A stretch of 61,869 nucleotides of DNA, counting the filler, from Choristocarpus tenellus KU-1152 (Eukaryota; Protista; Phaeophyceae): assembly GCA_964200185.2 (NCBI GenBank). It is 12 parts of 12 records of this genome, joined end to end, with 100 filler letters (N's around TTAATTAATTAA, not from the genome) between each part and the next. Parts side by side here need not be neighbours in the genome. Positions count along the whole stretch, not along the records: positions 9,678 to 15,649 come from CAXNAD020009284.1; positions 15,750 to 20,519 come from CAXNAD020013127.1; positions 20,620 to 23,832 come from CAXNAD020021492.1; 9 more parts are not named here. The stretch is one strand, 5' to 3'. The translations under genes and the position numbers were made by a program. A model generated the notes under the pieces. It worked only from the letters and a program-made list of their open reading frames with translations. It made no database searches and had not been told where the DNA came from. How positions within the stretch are numbered: the first letter of the stretch is position 1; every line of letters begins with the position of its first letter. Shown here in pieces: positions 9,788 to 23,832 of the stretch.

Positions 9788-12700
9788 CTGAGAGGACTGG
9801 TGATAGGCGGCCACCATTCGATAGGGGTCATTACGTCTCGATTCAGGCGTAAATGTTAGTCCGTTAACAATATCGCCTCGGTAACTACCAAAAAAAACAC
9901 ACACACACACGCACGAGGGAATTCAATCAGTAAAATAAAAAAAACGTTCTTTTTAAAACTCTTTAAGGGATGAATTTATCTTATGTTCCTTTTTTTAACA
10001 ACTTTTAATGAATACTCTTGATGAAAGATAAAACCAGCAGTCTTATTTCTAAAAAACAAACTAATAAATAAAAATATCCAGGGATATAGAAGAAGGATCA
10101 GTCCTAGTAAACGTTGAGATGTCACAGATTCCAAGCAAGGTCTTGCCCTTCCCAGGCATTAGGAGGCTTGTTCAGCACCCCAGCAACTGCTCAGAACAAG
10201 CCAATGCTGGTCAACAAATAGCTTTTTCCATCATCTCCCTCTCTTTTTTTCCCTTACTCTGCCTCATGCTTTCAGAACTCCAATTTACAAAGAAAAATAA
10301 AGTACAATACAAAAAAAAGTCTACAGAAGGTTTCACAACACCAAAAGGCATCAACAATTTGTAAATTACACAGTAGTGTGAGCAAGAGACAACCAAGGTC
10401 AGGGCCGCCAACAACCCAGAACGCCTCCGTACACTGAAAAGAATAACAAAAATAAAGACAAATTTAAAAAAATTACAGCACTTCGATCAGTATCCTACAA
10501 AAAAAACAGTCATCTTTCTCGCTTAAACGTACACAGGAGTTTTTCCACCAATGGAATCACTTCTTACACCCTTTCCACCAATGGAATCACTTCTTACACC
10601 CTTTCCACCAATGGAATCACTTCTTATACCCTTTCCACCAATGGAATCACTTCTTACACCCTTTCCACCAATGGAATCACTTCTTATACCCTTTCCACCA
10701 ATGGAATCACTTCTTACACCCTTTCCACCAATGGAATCACTTCTTACACCCTTTCCACCAATGGAATCACTTCTTACACCCTTTCCACCAATGGAATCAC
10801 TTCTTATACCTCTACTCAGTGCTTTGGACCAAATTAACCCCATCCTTTTATCCCCCCACCCAAGACTGGGTGCAATTTGTCATGTGAGGGGGAGGGGGCA
10901 AGGCAGGGGCAAAGACATCCCAGGAAGATATCAAAATTGAACATATTGAACGACTAACCTGGGCAATGAGACTCCATTGACAGTTTCAAAGTCTTCTGAT
11001 CGAGGCTTGGCAAACTGACCAGCCACTCGTCCCACCTGTAACAATTATCAGGAGAAGAGCCAAGAGGAGGCAGAAACATTCAACGCATTTGAAAATAAAT
11101 GAATAAATAAATAAATGAATGAATAAATGAATAAATAAATGAACGAATCCACCACGATTCTCCGTGTCAGAGAGTTGGGGTTGGTTAGGGTTAGGGTCAG
11201 CATAGACAATAAATAAATCAAGAAAGGACAAGTGCCTAGTTCCAAAAATTATGGGAACAAAAAAGAGGGCAGAAAACGAAAAGATCTAGAAAAGGTTAAT
11301 ATTTTGGTGAAAGGTCTAAAAAAGGTTAATATTTTGGTGAAAGTTCTAGAAAAGGTTAATATTTTGGTAAAAATTATAAAAAAAAGTGAAATGTTTTTTG
11401 GGTAAAGGTCTAAAAAAGGTGAAAAATATTTTTTGGCAAGGTATCAACTCAGACAGTTCATTTTAACAAAAACATTAAAAAAAATGACTTTCTACACACA
11501 ATAAAAATGATATTCTACACACACAAAAGAAATGTTTACAGTTTTAATCCAACTCATTCGTAAACAAACCAAATGCATCCTTCCAGCGAGAAGCACCTGA
11601 AAAATTCAGAAACCCCTCATTAGTGGGTAGAGTCACACTCTTTGACTGAATCGTAATGAATAATAGCACTGATGAATTATAGCAGTTTTTAATCAGTTAG
11701 AATACCAATTAAAATAACACAAAACTTCAGGTTGAAATTAGTTACCACATTCTTAAAAGCTCAAATTACAAGCACGTGTGTGACCACCGAACAAGTCTGA
11801 TCTCACACCAAAAAATTATATCAACTCGAGTGAATAATAATTACAATGTTCTGCGTAAGGTGTCCACTAACATCCGTAATTCACTGCACAATTCAATTGG
11901 TCAGACATCCTTTTCTCGCCACAAACATTCCAACCCGATTGGTCAACCGTAGTGAATAGTAACTACGATGTTCTGCACAAAGTGTCCATTAACATCCATA
12001 ATTCACAGCACAACTCAATTGGTCAGACATCCTTCTCTCGCCACAGACATTCCAACCTGATTAGTCAGAAACTGGCCTCGAACCCCAAACATTTGAATTT
12101 GATTGGTCCAATTCTGTCCACTTTCCACTAAATTCACAATCATACGATGTCCCGGCCAATCAGACTAAACCAATTCATGCCAATCCACCATCATAAAGAA
12201 CTAGAGTCATCCAATAAAGAAAGATGTACTCTTTTTTTTGTGCATCAGCAATCGTTCTCGGTTTTTTCTTTTTTTTCACCTTCACGACAGGAATGGACCC
12301 CCCGTAGGTCATCACCAGAGCCATCTGTAAGATTGATCTAAACGTATCTCGGACATCATCCACCTAGGGTATTGGGGCAAGGTGGGGGAGGGAGGTAATG
12401 GTTGCTGAGAGGGGATGGGCACTAGTAGTGTTACATATTTTTTTTGTTAGGTCTACGATTCTGCATGTCAGAAAGGAAGGAGTATAATAAATAATAAATA
12501 AGGATGTATGTCAGGCAGGGACGGTGGAGGAAATGTTTAGTTATTGAGAAATAGGTAACCGTCAGACAGGGAGAGAGAGAGGAACAATTCGTATAATAAA
12601 AAATAAATATAATGCTTTCGTAAATAAAAAAATTGAAAGACATTAAAAAAAAAGTAAATGCGAGAGACAGAAATAAATAAATAGCACCCATCACGAGAAT

Positions 12701-14287
12701 TGACAAAACATGGTTTATGTTCCACTGGACACACAAAAACATAGTCACCACTTGAGGTACATACACCTTACACATACATACAAACCCTTCTGAAAACATC
12801 CATCCCTGATGTGGAAGAATACACTGCACTGACACCGGCTCTAAGTGCCCTCACCCGGTCTAGTCTACCCACCTTGAAGTCATTGAAGCTTTCGGCGCAA
12901 TCCCCTCCCATCAGGAGAAACGCCTCTCCCCTTGTGGCTTCCGCAAGGGCCTGGGTCAGGTCCCGACACTGGCAAAGAAAAAGATTACGGACAGACCCAT
13001 GTTTGACACAGGAAGCAGTGGCCACATTAAAAAAAAAATGAGGCATGTCATAGAGAGGAACAATGCATGGACGGGCTTGTGTTCAAAACAATGAAGCAGT
13101 GGCCACATCAAAAAAAAAAATGAGGCACGTGAAAAAGAGGAACAATGCATGAACAGGCAGGCGTGTGTTTCAAAACAAAGGTAGATCAAAAAAGAGAGTG
13201 GGGTGATGATACTCGATGAGTACACTGTTAACAACAGTAACTGCCACAGTAACTGTCATCGCAGTAACAGCCGCTTGAAAAGTTGATCTCTGCAAAAGAA
13301 AAGTTGATCTCTGCAAACCATGAGCTCACGATTAATACAGAGCCAGGAGGAAAAAAAGCCTAGGCCAACTCACCTCTCCAGCAAAAACAAGCGGAGCTTG
13401 CTTGGAGATGATGGCTTCTGCGTCCTCTAGATCGCTTGGGTTGTCGTACTTGGGCATTTGCCTTGCATGGTAGTCTCGCCATGATCCTGGGAACCACTTC
13501 TTCGGCATTGAGAAAGGGAACATGGACACGTCAGCCTCATCTTCTTGCCCTTCCTTCATAGTCTTCACTGGAGGTTGTGCCACCATAGATAACCTTGTGT
13601 TGTCACCATGTGTATGGGGAGGGGTCTTTTTTTTAAGACAAGTGACAGTTGATTAGTTCAAAAACCTTGTGAAATTGCGAAGTAGGTGCTTCAACTCGCT
13701 CAAAAAACATTGAAATATCTAATGGGGACATAAATGAGTTCCAAGCAATAATGATCTACCTTCACAAGAAAAACGAAACCTACTTTATTTCAGATGCCCA
13801 AGGAAAACTGTGCGAATGGCATTCCTGAGACGAAACTAGTGAAGCGTACAAAACAGTGCCTCAAATTTCCGCCTAGATTGTGCTTATTATCAAATTATCA
13901 GTATCTGGCATTTTAGCGATGAGTGTTTTCAAACGACATTTTCTATTGGAGTAGAGAATACGGCGAGGCTAGTAGTGCAAGCGAAACTGAACCAATAAAC
14001 GACATGGAAGGGAGACAGCCACTACAGTATCTGATCCACACCCATTCCCAGTCCGCAAATTCGCTGTTCAATCAAACTCAATGTTTAGGATTGATCGGAG
14101 AAGGGAGAGGCAGCATTCAAGGGACTTCGCACAAGATATTCCTGTTCCTTCACCAGCTGAATCTTCTTAAATACCTTGTCAATTCTCCCGAAAATCTTGC
14201 CCTCGAGATCGATGTTCCTACGAAAGCGTTAGGAGCGAAGGCACTGGAAGTGGCCAGCCCCGTCGCCAATGCAACGGCGGACTTCAT
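9788..14287 (-). CDS. DHS: Class II DAHP synthase (3-deoxy-D-arabino-heptulosonate 7-phosphate synthase), plastid-targeted, 3'-truncated by contig end. Exons 14175-14287, 13374-13593, 12873-12968, 12280-12363, 10959-11035, 9788-9884
   Basis: Six phase-compatible GT-AG exons give [19 protein letters not shown]..., [45 protein letters not shown] and [11 protein letters not shown], the class II DAHP synthase motifs. Confidence 0.95.
10541..10810. repeat. 30-bp minisatellite, 9 near-perfect copies (CTTTCCACCAATGGAATCACTTCTTAYACC), in DAHP synthase intron 5
   Basis: Tandem units read directly; one C/T variable site. Confidence 0.97.
11281..11425. repeat. Degenerate 30-bp tandem repeat (TCTARAAAAGGTTAATATTTTGGTGAAAG)
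   Basis: Three clear copies plus decayed ones. Confidence 0.8.
11828..12066. repeat. Tandem duplication of about 120 bp in DAHP synthase intron 4
   Basis: ..GTGTCCAYTAACATCCRTAATTCAC..CAATTGGTCAGACATCCTT..CATTCCAACC occurs twice. Confidence 0.8.
13010..13180. repeat. Tandem duplication of about 80 bp in DAHP synthase intron 2
   Basis: GAAGCAGTGGCCACAT..AAAATGAGGCA..AGAGGAACAATGCATG occurs twice. Confidence 0.8.
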
Positions 14288-15621
14288 AGTGACGACGATG
14301 TCTGCGAACGGCAAGATCAGGGCGAGTTAAAAAAGCGTTAGGATTCATGACAAATAACGTAGGTCACATATTCACTACAGACAAAACGCTCCCATTGTCC
14401 ATCAGAGCTTCTTAATCTCAGCCAAAATATGACTAATAGATTTGTGCGTGAGGACGGCGGTAAGGGAAAATGTAGATTTTACCTCGTGAATTGTGGTGTA
14501 CTTGAAACTTGGTATAGGGTCACATGCACGAGGCGTAGGTTCGTGGTGTTTGCTTACCAGAACACGAAGAAAATAACACACTAACGACAAACTTCACAGT
14601 GCCATATACACGTATGATTGGACTCTGGGCAATTTAGTTCGCTGTCCTGCTCAAAAATGATCAGGTACTTCTCTCCACGGTGTCATGGTGGGTAGATAAC
14701 AGCAACCACACAAGAGGGGTAGGTGATTCTAGGACATGTCAAACAAAATTATATATCATATCAAACCACCACCACATCATTACTTAAAAACACACACCTC
14801 AACACCGCACTGGAATGGATATGCCAACAACTGAGCCACTCAAGCGGCACACCACAAGTTTGTTTGGTCAGCTGTTGTTGTGTTGAAAATTTTCACATCC
14901 AAAATGGTAATAAAATTTGCACGCCTTCGAATAATATAGAAAATAGGATTAACGATAAATTGGTGGTAGCATGACAAAATAAAAAGATCCATAAAATATT
15001 GCAACCCACCGATTTCTTGTTATTTCATATATCCAGCAAATACACAGAACAAGAACGAACAAAAGAGTAGTGAGAAGAATAGCAGAAGTAATTGGATAAA
15101 TATAATGCAAGGTACGTTGAACTGCGGTGTATTACGAAGTATCAAAAAAAATCATTTGGAAGTGGAGATTGGGTATATATTTATTTTCTTTCTTTCTACT
15201 TTCCTTCTATTTACAAGCTGGTCATTGATAGTTTTTTTTAATACATGACAACGTTCTAGAAAATACGCAACTACTCGTTTTGTCAGTGAACAAAGGTTGC
15301 TGTTACCTTCGTGATATTGCAAGTTCAAGCCTGATGGACACCTAACCTCTTTTCATAGAATTCTAGCCTCGAATATTTGAAAGTCCACGTGGCAACCACT
15401 ATGGATTGTACACCTATAAGAAATCTATCCTATCTGGCTGTACGCACAAAAATTTTGAACCAAGAAAGAGGCGGCAAGGAGGGTTGCATCACCGAACGAT
15501 ACTAAGTAAGGCAGTTCAATAAAGATTTGAGGAAGGAGGGGAAGTTGAGTGGTGGGATGGCTGAACCCGACATGCGACAAGCAAGGCATAAACAGAGGTA
15601 GTATAAACTGTATGTATTATT

Positions 15622-15649
15622 GAGCCAAAGTATCTTAGAGGGTAGAGCC
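15622..15649. mobile_element. MITE family B left end at contig end
   Basis: GAGCCAAAGTATCTTAGAGGGTAGAGCC. Confidence 0.85.
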
Positions 15650-15899
15650 NNNNNNNNNNNNNNNNNNNNNNNNNNNNNNNNNNNNNNNNNNNNTTAATTA
15701 ATTAANNNNNNNNNNNNNNNNNNNNNNNNNNNNNNNNNNNNNNNNNNNNAAATAAAAATATAAGGCTGGGGGGGGATGAGTGGTTATTTGGAGGGGGGGG
15801 GGGGGAGAGAACGTTGAGCAGTGACCAACGGCGGGAGAGAGAGGAGGAGCTGGTCTCTGGACGGTTGATGGACAAGGCACTTCGATATTTTTTGGCCCA

Positions 15900-16520
15900 G
15901 GTGAGGAAGGATGGTGCATGATGTAAGGCAAGGTGTGTTTGTCAGCACTTGCTGTCTGAATTTTTTGTGGTGTATCTCTATGCGTTGGTCTTGTCCATAA
16001 TATGTCACACTTTTTTTTAATGCGAGTGGTTTATTTGTTTCTGATGTATGTTAATATGATAGGGAAATGGTTTTGTAGGTTGTGTTTTTCTATGTGATTG
16101 GGTGGCTTCGTGTGTTGAGTCCAAACAACTGTTGGAATTAGTAGTGGAACTATTGTATTAAGTACTGTCCCAGTACATGTTTTTGGCCAGGGGCTAGTGT
16201 AGGTGGGTCTAGTGTAGGTTCATTACGCAGGATGGAATTGATCGGGGGGAGGACTGGGAGGGCTGGGAGGGAAGGGTAATGTGTGTTGTGAGTGCAGAGG
16301 TATGGTGGGAAGAATATGCTATGTGGGAAGTGAGAGACTGTGAACAAATCTAACACGACTTTGTGGACTATCAGTCCTTCCTGGTCCTCTGGTGTATGGA
16401 GGTGGATACCAGTATGTATAGTGTTCATAAATATGCGTAATAATAAGTAGTAGTTCTTCTGTATTGAATTATTGAAGCCTGATTTACTAATTGAAGTCTG
16501 GGAAAGGTTAGTTGAAGACA
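15900..16520 (-). pseudogene. Decayed Penelope-like retroelement (RT thumb and linker)
   Basis: Broken translation QKNYYL..FMNTIH..HLHTP..EGLI..THYP, then NHFPIILTY..IKKKCDILW, resembling the PLE RT C-terminus and the P.vLTY linker. Confidence 0.45.
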
Positions 16521-19500
16521 AGGGGTGATCCTTGTTGTCCTAGATACTGTAGTTCATTCTTCCTTGGCAAAGAAAAGAACCACATCTCGACAGCATAGAT
16601 CTCTGTGAATTGGTGAGAGCTCCTTGAGTTACTTGTATTGATACATGTACCTATCACACTACCTATCACACTACCTGTCTCTCGTTTGGGCTTCATTGAA
16701 GAGGGTCAGTAGGCTTTGAGGATGTGTTTCTCAAGGTTATCATGAAAACACTTGTGGGACTCCAAGTCAGTTCCTCTGCCACAACAACCTAGGTGTTTGA
16801 GCAGTTCTCCAGATCTTGTTATTGATGTCTCCAAGCTTGCCCTAATACGAATGTCATTCTCCTTCCGAGTTGAAACCACCTCTCCATGTTTGACACCTTT
16901 ACCCACTTATAACTCTCCCACAGAGATGTGTTTTGGCATGGAGTTGCCACCACCCAACTCTGTAGCTTGAAGTTACCCTCGATCAGATCTCTATATTCTT
17001 CCTGTATTTTAGCAGCTCAGTAAAGGAGAATCTTTTCCTGGAATGTGCTGGATTCAATATCTTTGCTGTCTTGACTATATTTCCCCAAGGGCATGTCCTG
17101 TGGAATTTCAGGAGGCCTCTCCTCTGACCTGGGGATCTAAGTTTTGTGTTCTCTCTGCCTCTCCTTTATCATTGCTGGAGTAAGGAGGGTTGCATCCCCA
17201 TTTTTTTTGTCGTTTCTCATGTTCGTCCTCATTTTTGGACTACGTTATGTCATTACTGGGCAAATTCGAAGCACATCTTTCCTACTGCCAGAGATTCTCC
17301 GATGGAGATATATTTCGGGGGGAGGGTGTCTGTCGTATGTGTAGAATAATGATATGTAGTCTTTCTATGTATAACTGTAGAAAGAGATATAAGCAACTGT
17401 GTTTACGTCTGGTGTGGCTGTGGGTTTGAATTTTGCTTTGCCTTGCCCATGCTTTGCACAGTATCTACCTTTACTTTTTGCTTTAATTATGTTCTTTTAT
17501 TTATTGCAGAGGTATGTCTGTTGAATGCCATGCACTATTTATTTGTAGACCGTGGATGGTTTTTTTGTTCCTATTTTCTCAATAAATTTCCCATTGTGTT
17601 GAGCAGACCAATGGGTGTTGCTACAACAGTCATACAATCTAGCCCAAATCCTTGTCCTAACCAAACTCTGTAGCTTCCATTGAGATTAGTTGACAGGGGT
17701 GTCAAGTTCCTATGGGTATGGCTGTTCTTGTGGTTCATTGTGAAACCTTGCTGGTCATAAATTGGTTGACAAAAAACACAATGGGACCACAGAAGGCACT
17801 GCAGATGTGCAAGCCATCGTATACATGGAAATACTTATCTAATACACTTTTGGCAGATTAAAGTCCCAGTGGAAGCTGTAGACATTGGTAAGGGTAAGGG
17901 TAAGGTATAGATGCTGACTTTGGTAGCAACAGTCACGGGTTTGCTCAGCACTGTGGGACTTTGGTCTACCAACAACTAGTTTGTGGCATTAACCAGGCAG
18001 GCATTTGCATTTCGAAACTATAACCACGTACTTAAAGTATAGGCAAGGAAAAGCAAAAGTTCAACCTCCTGGTCAAATCAGGTATGAACACAAGTAACCT
18101 CTCTTTCTACAAGTATAAATATATATACATAGTTTGTAAATATTTTCATGTACTCCGGAGTATATGGTGGCTTGCAACATAGTTTATTTTATTTTTGATG
18201 TCATGGATCCATGGGGGCAGGATTAAAAATACCCAAGGGGCTGCTTACCAGTAAAATGTGCTATCTAAGGGACACTCCGGATTTTATCCTTTTTGGTAGA
18301 GTAGTACCTGTCTAGAGTATTTTCAGGAGTCTGGCTCATTATTGTACATTTTTGGTGATGTGGTACTATCTACTGCATTTTTGAGGGTTATAGTATGCAA
18401 ATGAGATGGCTATAGCATTTTTTCTTCTTACACCAATTGTAATCTCATCACATGTGAGATCAATTTCTGTACTTCTTCCCTTAAAATATCAGCTTCAATT
18501 TCTTCTGTGGAGACCCCAAAACGAGACTCCTGATTCTTTCTTGGCTTCCTGTCAACCCCCCCATATTCACCTCCTATCTAAATGACCCAATCTCCCATCA
18601 TATTTGTTTCTTTATTTTACGTTTTTTGTTCCTGGTAGATTGGAAAGGTAGTGAGTGGGAGCATTAGGCAATGAGAGAGAAGTTCAGTGGAAAGCTTTTC
18701 CAAGTTGGTACTAGGGAGGTGCTGTTATCTGCTGTTGTGTACAGAAGCACTGGGCATATGTTTGTGTAGATCTTTCATGACCTTTGGACCATGGTGTCCT
18801 GCACTTTAATGCTGTGCACTTTAATGCTGTGAAAATATATTACCTACGTATTATGGGGTAGACTAAAGTTGTGCAGTGCATTTTGCCTGGATTGGGTAAG
18901 GCTTGATCTGGTATGGACTCTGCTTACGGTGGACTTGGTATTGTTTGGTTGTGATTAAAATGCAACCTGCAATGCCTTGCCTTAGAGTTCATACCGCTTT
19001 TGATGAAATGTGACTAAAAAGAGACACTACTCTTGTTGGGTGAAGTGTGGGGTGCAATGTGATTTGAGTTCCTTTATGGCCTCAATATGTAGGCAGCGGC
19101 AGTAAACGTCTCTTTTATATAGAAATGTTCATGATGGGTGGAAGGCTTTGTGGACTGGTACAAGGCTTGGTGTTGTTTGAGTTTTTTTCGCAATGCCTAT
19201 TGCTCATCCTGTGATGAGAGCTACATACTCAACTGGATTGAGCTTTTTTTCTATAGTTGTCATACTTCTTGTTGTGTATGGTGATTGATATCTTTGTGCT
19301 GCTACGCTGGTTGGTATTTTGGTGAATACTTAGATATTTTGGCAACTTTACTCTTCATCAGTATCTTTTTCTGTGGAGTCAATTTTGGCCTTGACCATGC
19401 ATATGAGGGGATTTGACAAAGCAAAATATTTGTTGCAGAAGTCAAAATAGGGCAAGTTAATGCCTTGTTTACAATGCCCCGGTAAGATGCCCTGTCATCT

Positions 19501-20476
19501 CTTACAGTTTAGTGTTATCGTTGCATTACTTGGGAGATTTGTCCTACCCGTGATCAGATGGACTAACGACATGGTGTACTACTTCTCATACTAACTACTA
19601 AGTGACTGTTGTATCACTCATCAAGCCTCTGTTCTGCTGTGCTTGTCACTCATTTGGCTTAGCTCTCCCACTGCTTGTTGCTTTGTCTTCTCCCTCAAAC
19701 CTTGTGGTAGATGTAACTTGAAGTTTCTGCCTTAATCTTGTTGTGGTGCTTTTGTAGAACAGCCACGGAGAGGGTAGCGGTAGTACAGGTGTGCAATCCC
19801 TTGTACTTCCCATGTAGAATTGAATCACTGAAACATATTTCAGTTAAATGGTGTCTGGGATCGAAGCAGTTAAATCCCCTGAAGTGCAATTGTGATAATT
19901 TGGAAGACTTGCTGGGAAATATTGAAGAGGAAGGCAATAACATTTTTGTAGAGGCAGGCTGTTGTACTGAGCTACTTTAGGGCTGCAAGAATGATTTTCT
20001 TGCCCACGAAAACTCCAGTCACATGGTTGCTAAATGTACCACCAGCGTGCTTGAAGTTACCAGAGGCAAGAACACCACTTTTGATCCCTTGAAGCAGGTT
20101 GGTTATGATACCTTGCCCCTGCACAATTCTCCGGCTCATCTTTTCCCCCGTCCGAGGGATATTTCCGTGTATGTCTTGAGAAGCTTTGCAATTGCACTTG
20201 AGTGGTTGTCAAACATACCACCAACAATCTTGAGGTAACTGCATGCAAGGAAGCCACTTTTGATCCCTTGCAGCATCTCAACATGTCAGCCCAGTTCTCG
20301 AAAACGATCTGATTTGGAAAACATGTACAACCCAGAAGGTTGAAGGTGGAAAACATAGTGGAAAAGATCCAAACTTAGGTACAAGTCAAAAAGACAAAGT
20401 GGAAGAACTTTGAGAGGAACACCAAGTTATGCTGCTCAACATATGCTTGACTTAGTGCGGTCCAGCGGTGTTCCTG

Positions 20477-20519
20477 GACTCAAAGTATCTGGGGGGGGAG
20501 GGTGGTTTGTGAGGAGGCG
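20477..20519. mobile_element. MITE TIR plus poly-G at contig end
   Basis: GACTCAAAGTATCTGGGGGGGG. Confidence 0.8.
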
Positions 20520-23500
20520 NNNNNNNNNNNNNNNNNNNNNNNNNNNNNNNNNNNNNNNNNNNNTTAATTAATTAANNNNNNNNNNNNNNNNNNNNNNNNN
20601 NNNNNNNNNNNNNNNNNNNTTTATTATTTTTTCTTCTTCTTTTCCCTTACCTTTTTTGGTTTTGTTTTTTTTCTCCTGCGAGTTCTTTACTGGTTTTCTT
20701 ACTTTTTTCTTTCTCTTTTTTTTTTTATTGGTCCTCGTTGCCTTTCCTCCAGCAGTGTGTATTGCCTTCTTTGGACTGCTTTTTCGACCACAGGTCCGAG
20801 ATCCCCTAAACTAAAGTGACGCATAATATCAATAGTAAATAATGCTATAAAAAAACTCTGGACTAAGTTCAATGTGGGAACATCAGGGTGGGTCTGACAG
20901 AAGATCTGAGGGAGGCTACAGAACGACAAGCAGTGGAAGTACTGAACTCAACACAAGAGAAGCAAAGCAGGAATGGAGACAGTACAATTAGACATGTTGC
21001 ATCAGTCCGTCAGTATATTAGTATGAGAAATTATGTGGTGTGCAGTGCCTCCGATCGTGGGTCAGGATAATCCCCATATTTATCTGAGGATAATGCAAAA
21101 AGAATGTCAAGTGACCGATTGGTGGTCAAAATTCTCAACAAAGGCATTGCAGGTAGACAACAGTTTTTTTCTGGGCCTCAGCTGCTAGGAACGCCTTCCT
21201 GTCTACATAAAAACCCTCGTACATACGCTGCATCCACCGATTTTAATGCTGTACACTCCACCATATCACGCATGCATCCACACCAGCACCAGATAGGAAG
21301 GCAATGAACCAATCATAGACCTGCAATCTGTAAGCCTCAGGACTACGAGGTGGCACTCGCTCAACAACAAGTACTATCATTTTCAAACAGCATCATTAGA
21401 GGTGTAAAATATGATCTATTGAAAAAGCCGACTTGTTTTTTTACGATATATCCATGTACCGCGAAATCATCCAACAAAAAATAATCGCTAGGAATCAGTA
21501 AAGGATGAAAGTAGACTTCACCTGACAAATTTGTCCGTATGATTAAGGTGATATCCAATTATTCCTTCTTCACAGTAACATTTTTTTCCTTTTCGATATA
21601 CTATAATACTACATATTATTATATGAGTAGGGACTTGAATATTTAACCAGCAAGTGTTCCAGTAAAGAAAATAATAACAAAATTGGGCAAGATACACAGC
21701 AAGTTGCTGCAAATGCAAAAAGGAAAGCACCCAATAGAAAATTCTAGAACTTCTGTCTGCTTGTCTCGTACAGAAATGTTCAGTGTCAGTCACAGTCCTT
21801 AGAAGAAAAATACCCAATCCTTTGCAACTGACCATCAAATGGAATATTAGCTCTTCTAATATGTAAACTAGTACGCATGTATACTATATGGTAGAGTATA
21901 TACATTGATATAGTGCACTGAATATCGTATCACAATAACCCTCTAAACATTATTGTTGAACAACTTGGAGCAATAGGTCGTCATGCTCAATACATACCCT
22001 GACTACTGGTATTCCAATCGTTAAGGTCACCTGGATAATATATTAATCTCGCACACAACGTTACAAAACAAATATCTCAAATTAAATTGCTTTCTTGGAA
22101 GTCTTATACTTTAGTGATCGATCTTCAAGGCGACAATAAAATATATTTTTTATGTGGAACCCCTTAATGAGGAACTAAAATTTTGGCAATCAAGTCAAGA
22201 CTCAGAGTGTGTAGTACAAAAAAAAATGTTGGCGTCCTTCACGACCTTCAACGAACTGAAGGCTGGACTTGGACTGTTGTAAGAATTCGCCTGTCAAGAG
22301 AGAGGGGGGTGACTACCGATTGAAGGAGAGTGTGAAAAAAGAGGTAGAGGAAGAACGAATATCACAAGGACGGTAGAGGGAAATGGAGGTAATTGAGGGT
22401 GATAAACTATCTAGAATAGTCAATCGTATTGTTGGTAGATAGGGAATACTTGGACTATTATTAACAGATAATAGTACTGACCTCCTCAACTAGGCAATGT
22501 AACAAAGAACTATCCTATCCTATGTAAGGGTGTATGTAGGATATTTGGTAATTTAGGCCTTCGGGAACCTCATGCCAGACACTCCTTCCCATGTCTAACA
22601 AGAAAGTAACCCCTTATAATAGACTACTGTGGTCGTAGAAGAAGAGAAACAGATCATTCATCAACAAAATAAACGCAAAATAGAACCTTCTGTATAGAAG
22701 GCAGCCACTACGAACTAAAAAAATCGATGATATCCCCCTATAATGATATTAAAATGATTCGAAAAATCGAGATCACGGCAGGACGAATTATATCTGAGAC
22801 AAAAGTAGTAGTCATCCGGTGTTGGCGGGCACAAATAATGAATAATGTGTGAGAGGCATCTTCCAAAGAAGGTATACTTTGAAGTTGACCTATCTTGAAG
22901 ATTTGTTGTCCATATGACATTTGTTTTTGCATGTTGAAATTAACATCCGCTTGAAGTAAATAGAGGGTGGTTTGAGGGGACCTTGCAAACCCTCCTCATT
23001 CACCTTTCATTTGTCCACTCTTTCCTGATTGATCTTCTGAGGGATCATTCTCCCTCTTGCCTTGTATCTCTTCGTATTCTTGCCTCCTGTGGGTCTTCCC
23101 GCTCCCCTTCAATCTGAAGAACCTCTAGACCTGTTTCCATCTGTTTCACAAATGTTGTAAAATAGCAGAACCGTTACTATTCCTAGACTCTAAATGAGAG
23201 ACAGATAGAGTAAGGAGGGAGGAGATATCATATAAATAATATTGGACGTATGGAATCCTTGTTTTGTGTTCCTTCCTCCCTCTCTTCCTTGTTAGAGTTA
23301 CGGGTTCTGAATACATGCCTGCGGGTAGAAAGTCTCGTCGTTATCAGCAAATTAAATTGTATGGTATAATATTCGTGTATGTATATGTCGGGACGATATT
23401 GAGCTTGTTGAAACGACTGCCACCATTAATATTTTTTTGAGTTGTCCCGTCTTACTATTCCTAGGTAGTGACATGTCTGGTCATGTTCATATTGTGCATA

Positions 23501-23654
23501 TTTGGATTTTATGTGCCCCGATTTGCTTGTTTGGGCTGCCTTAGCTGCTGCTTCAGTATGAGGTTCGTCAGTCATCATACCTCCTAAAGAATGCCACTCA
23601 TCCACGATGCTCTCTCTGCCAGTCCTTCACAAGGGCACCTTTGTATATTTGCAG

Positions 23655-23749
23655 GACAATGGGTGATCAGTCCGTTCTTGTCTGTAGAATCCAGTGAATC
23701 TGTGAAGGAATTTGTGGTTATGAGAGCGAAGATCCATGCAGTGGAACTG
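23655..23749 (+). CDS. Possible isolated exon of an unknown gene (GQWVISPFLSVESSESVKEFVVMRAKIHAVEL)
   Basis: TTTGCAG acceptor and CTG|GTGAGA donor bound an open frame. Confidence 0.35.
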
Positions 23750-23813
23750 GTGAGATATCGATGTAACACAGTCATATAATAGACCTCGGACACTTCAGCC
23801 TATGGCATGTAAA

Positions 23814-23832
23814 GGCCTAAAGTATCTGGGGG
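23814..23832. mobile_element. MITE TIR at contig end
   Basis: GGCCTAAAGTATCTGGGGG. Confidence 0.7.

Noticed and set aside
6060-10810. 29-bp and 30-bp tandem arrays as CRISPR arrays
   Set aside because: No unique spacers, no cas genes, and a eukaryotic intronic context
10523-10940. ORFs with [10 protein letters not shown] and [10 protein letters not shown] repeats as proteins
   Set aside because: By-products of a 30-bp minisatellite inside a DAHP synthase intron
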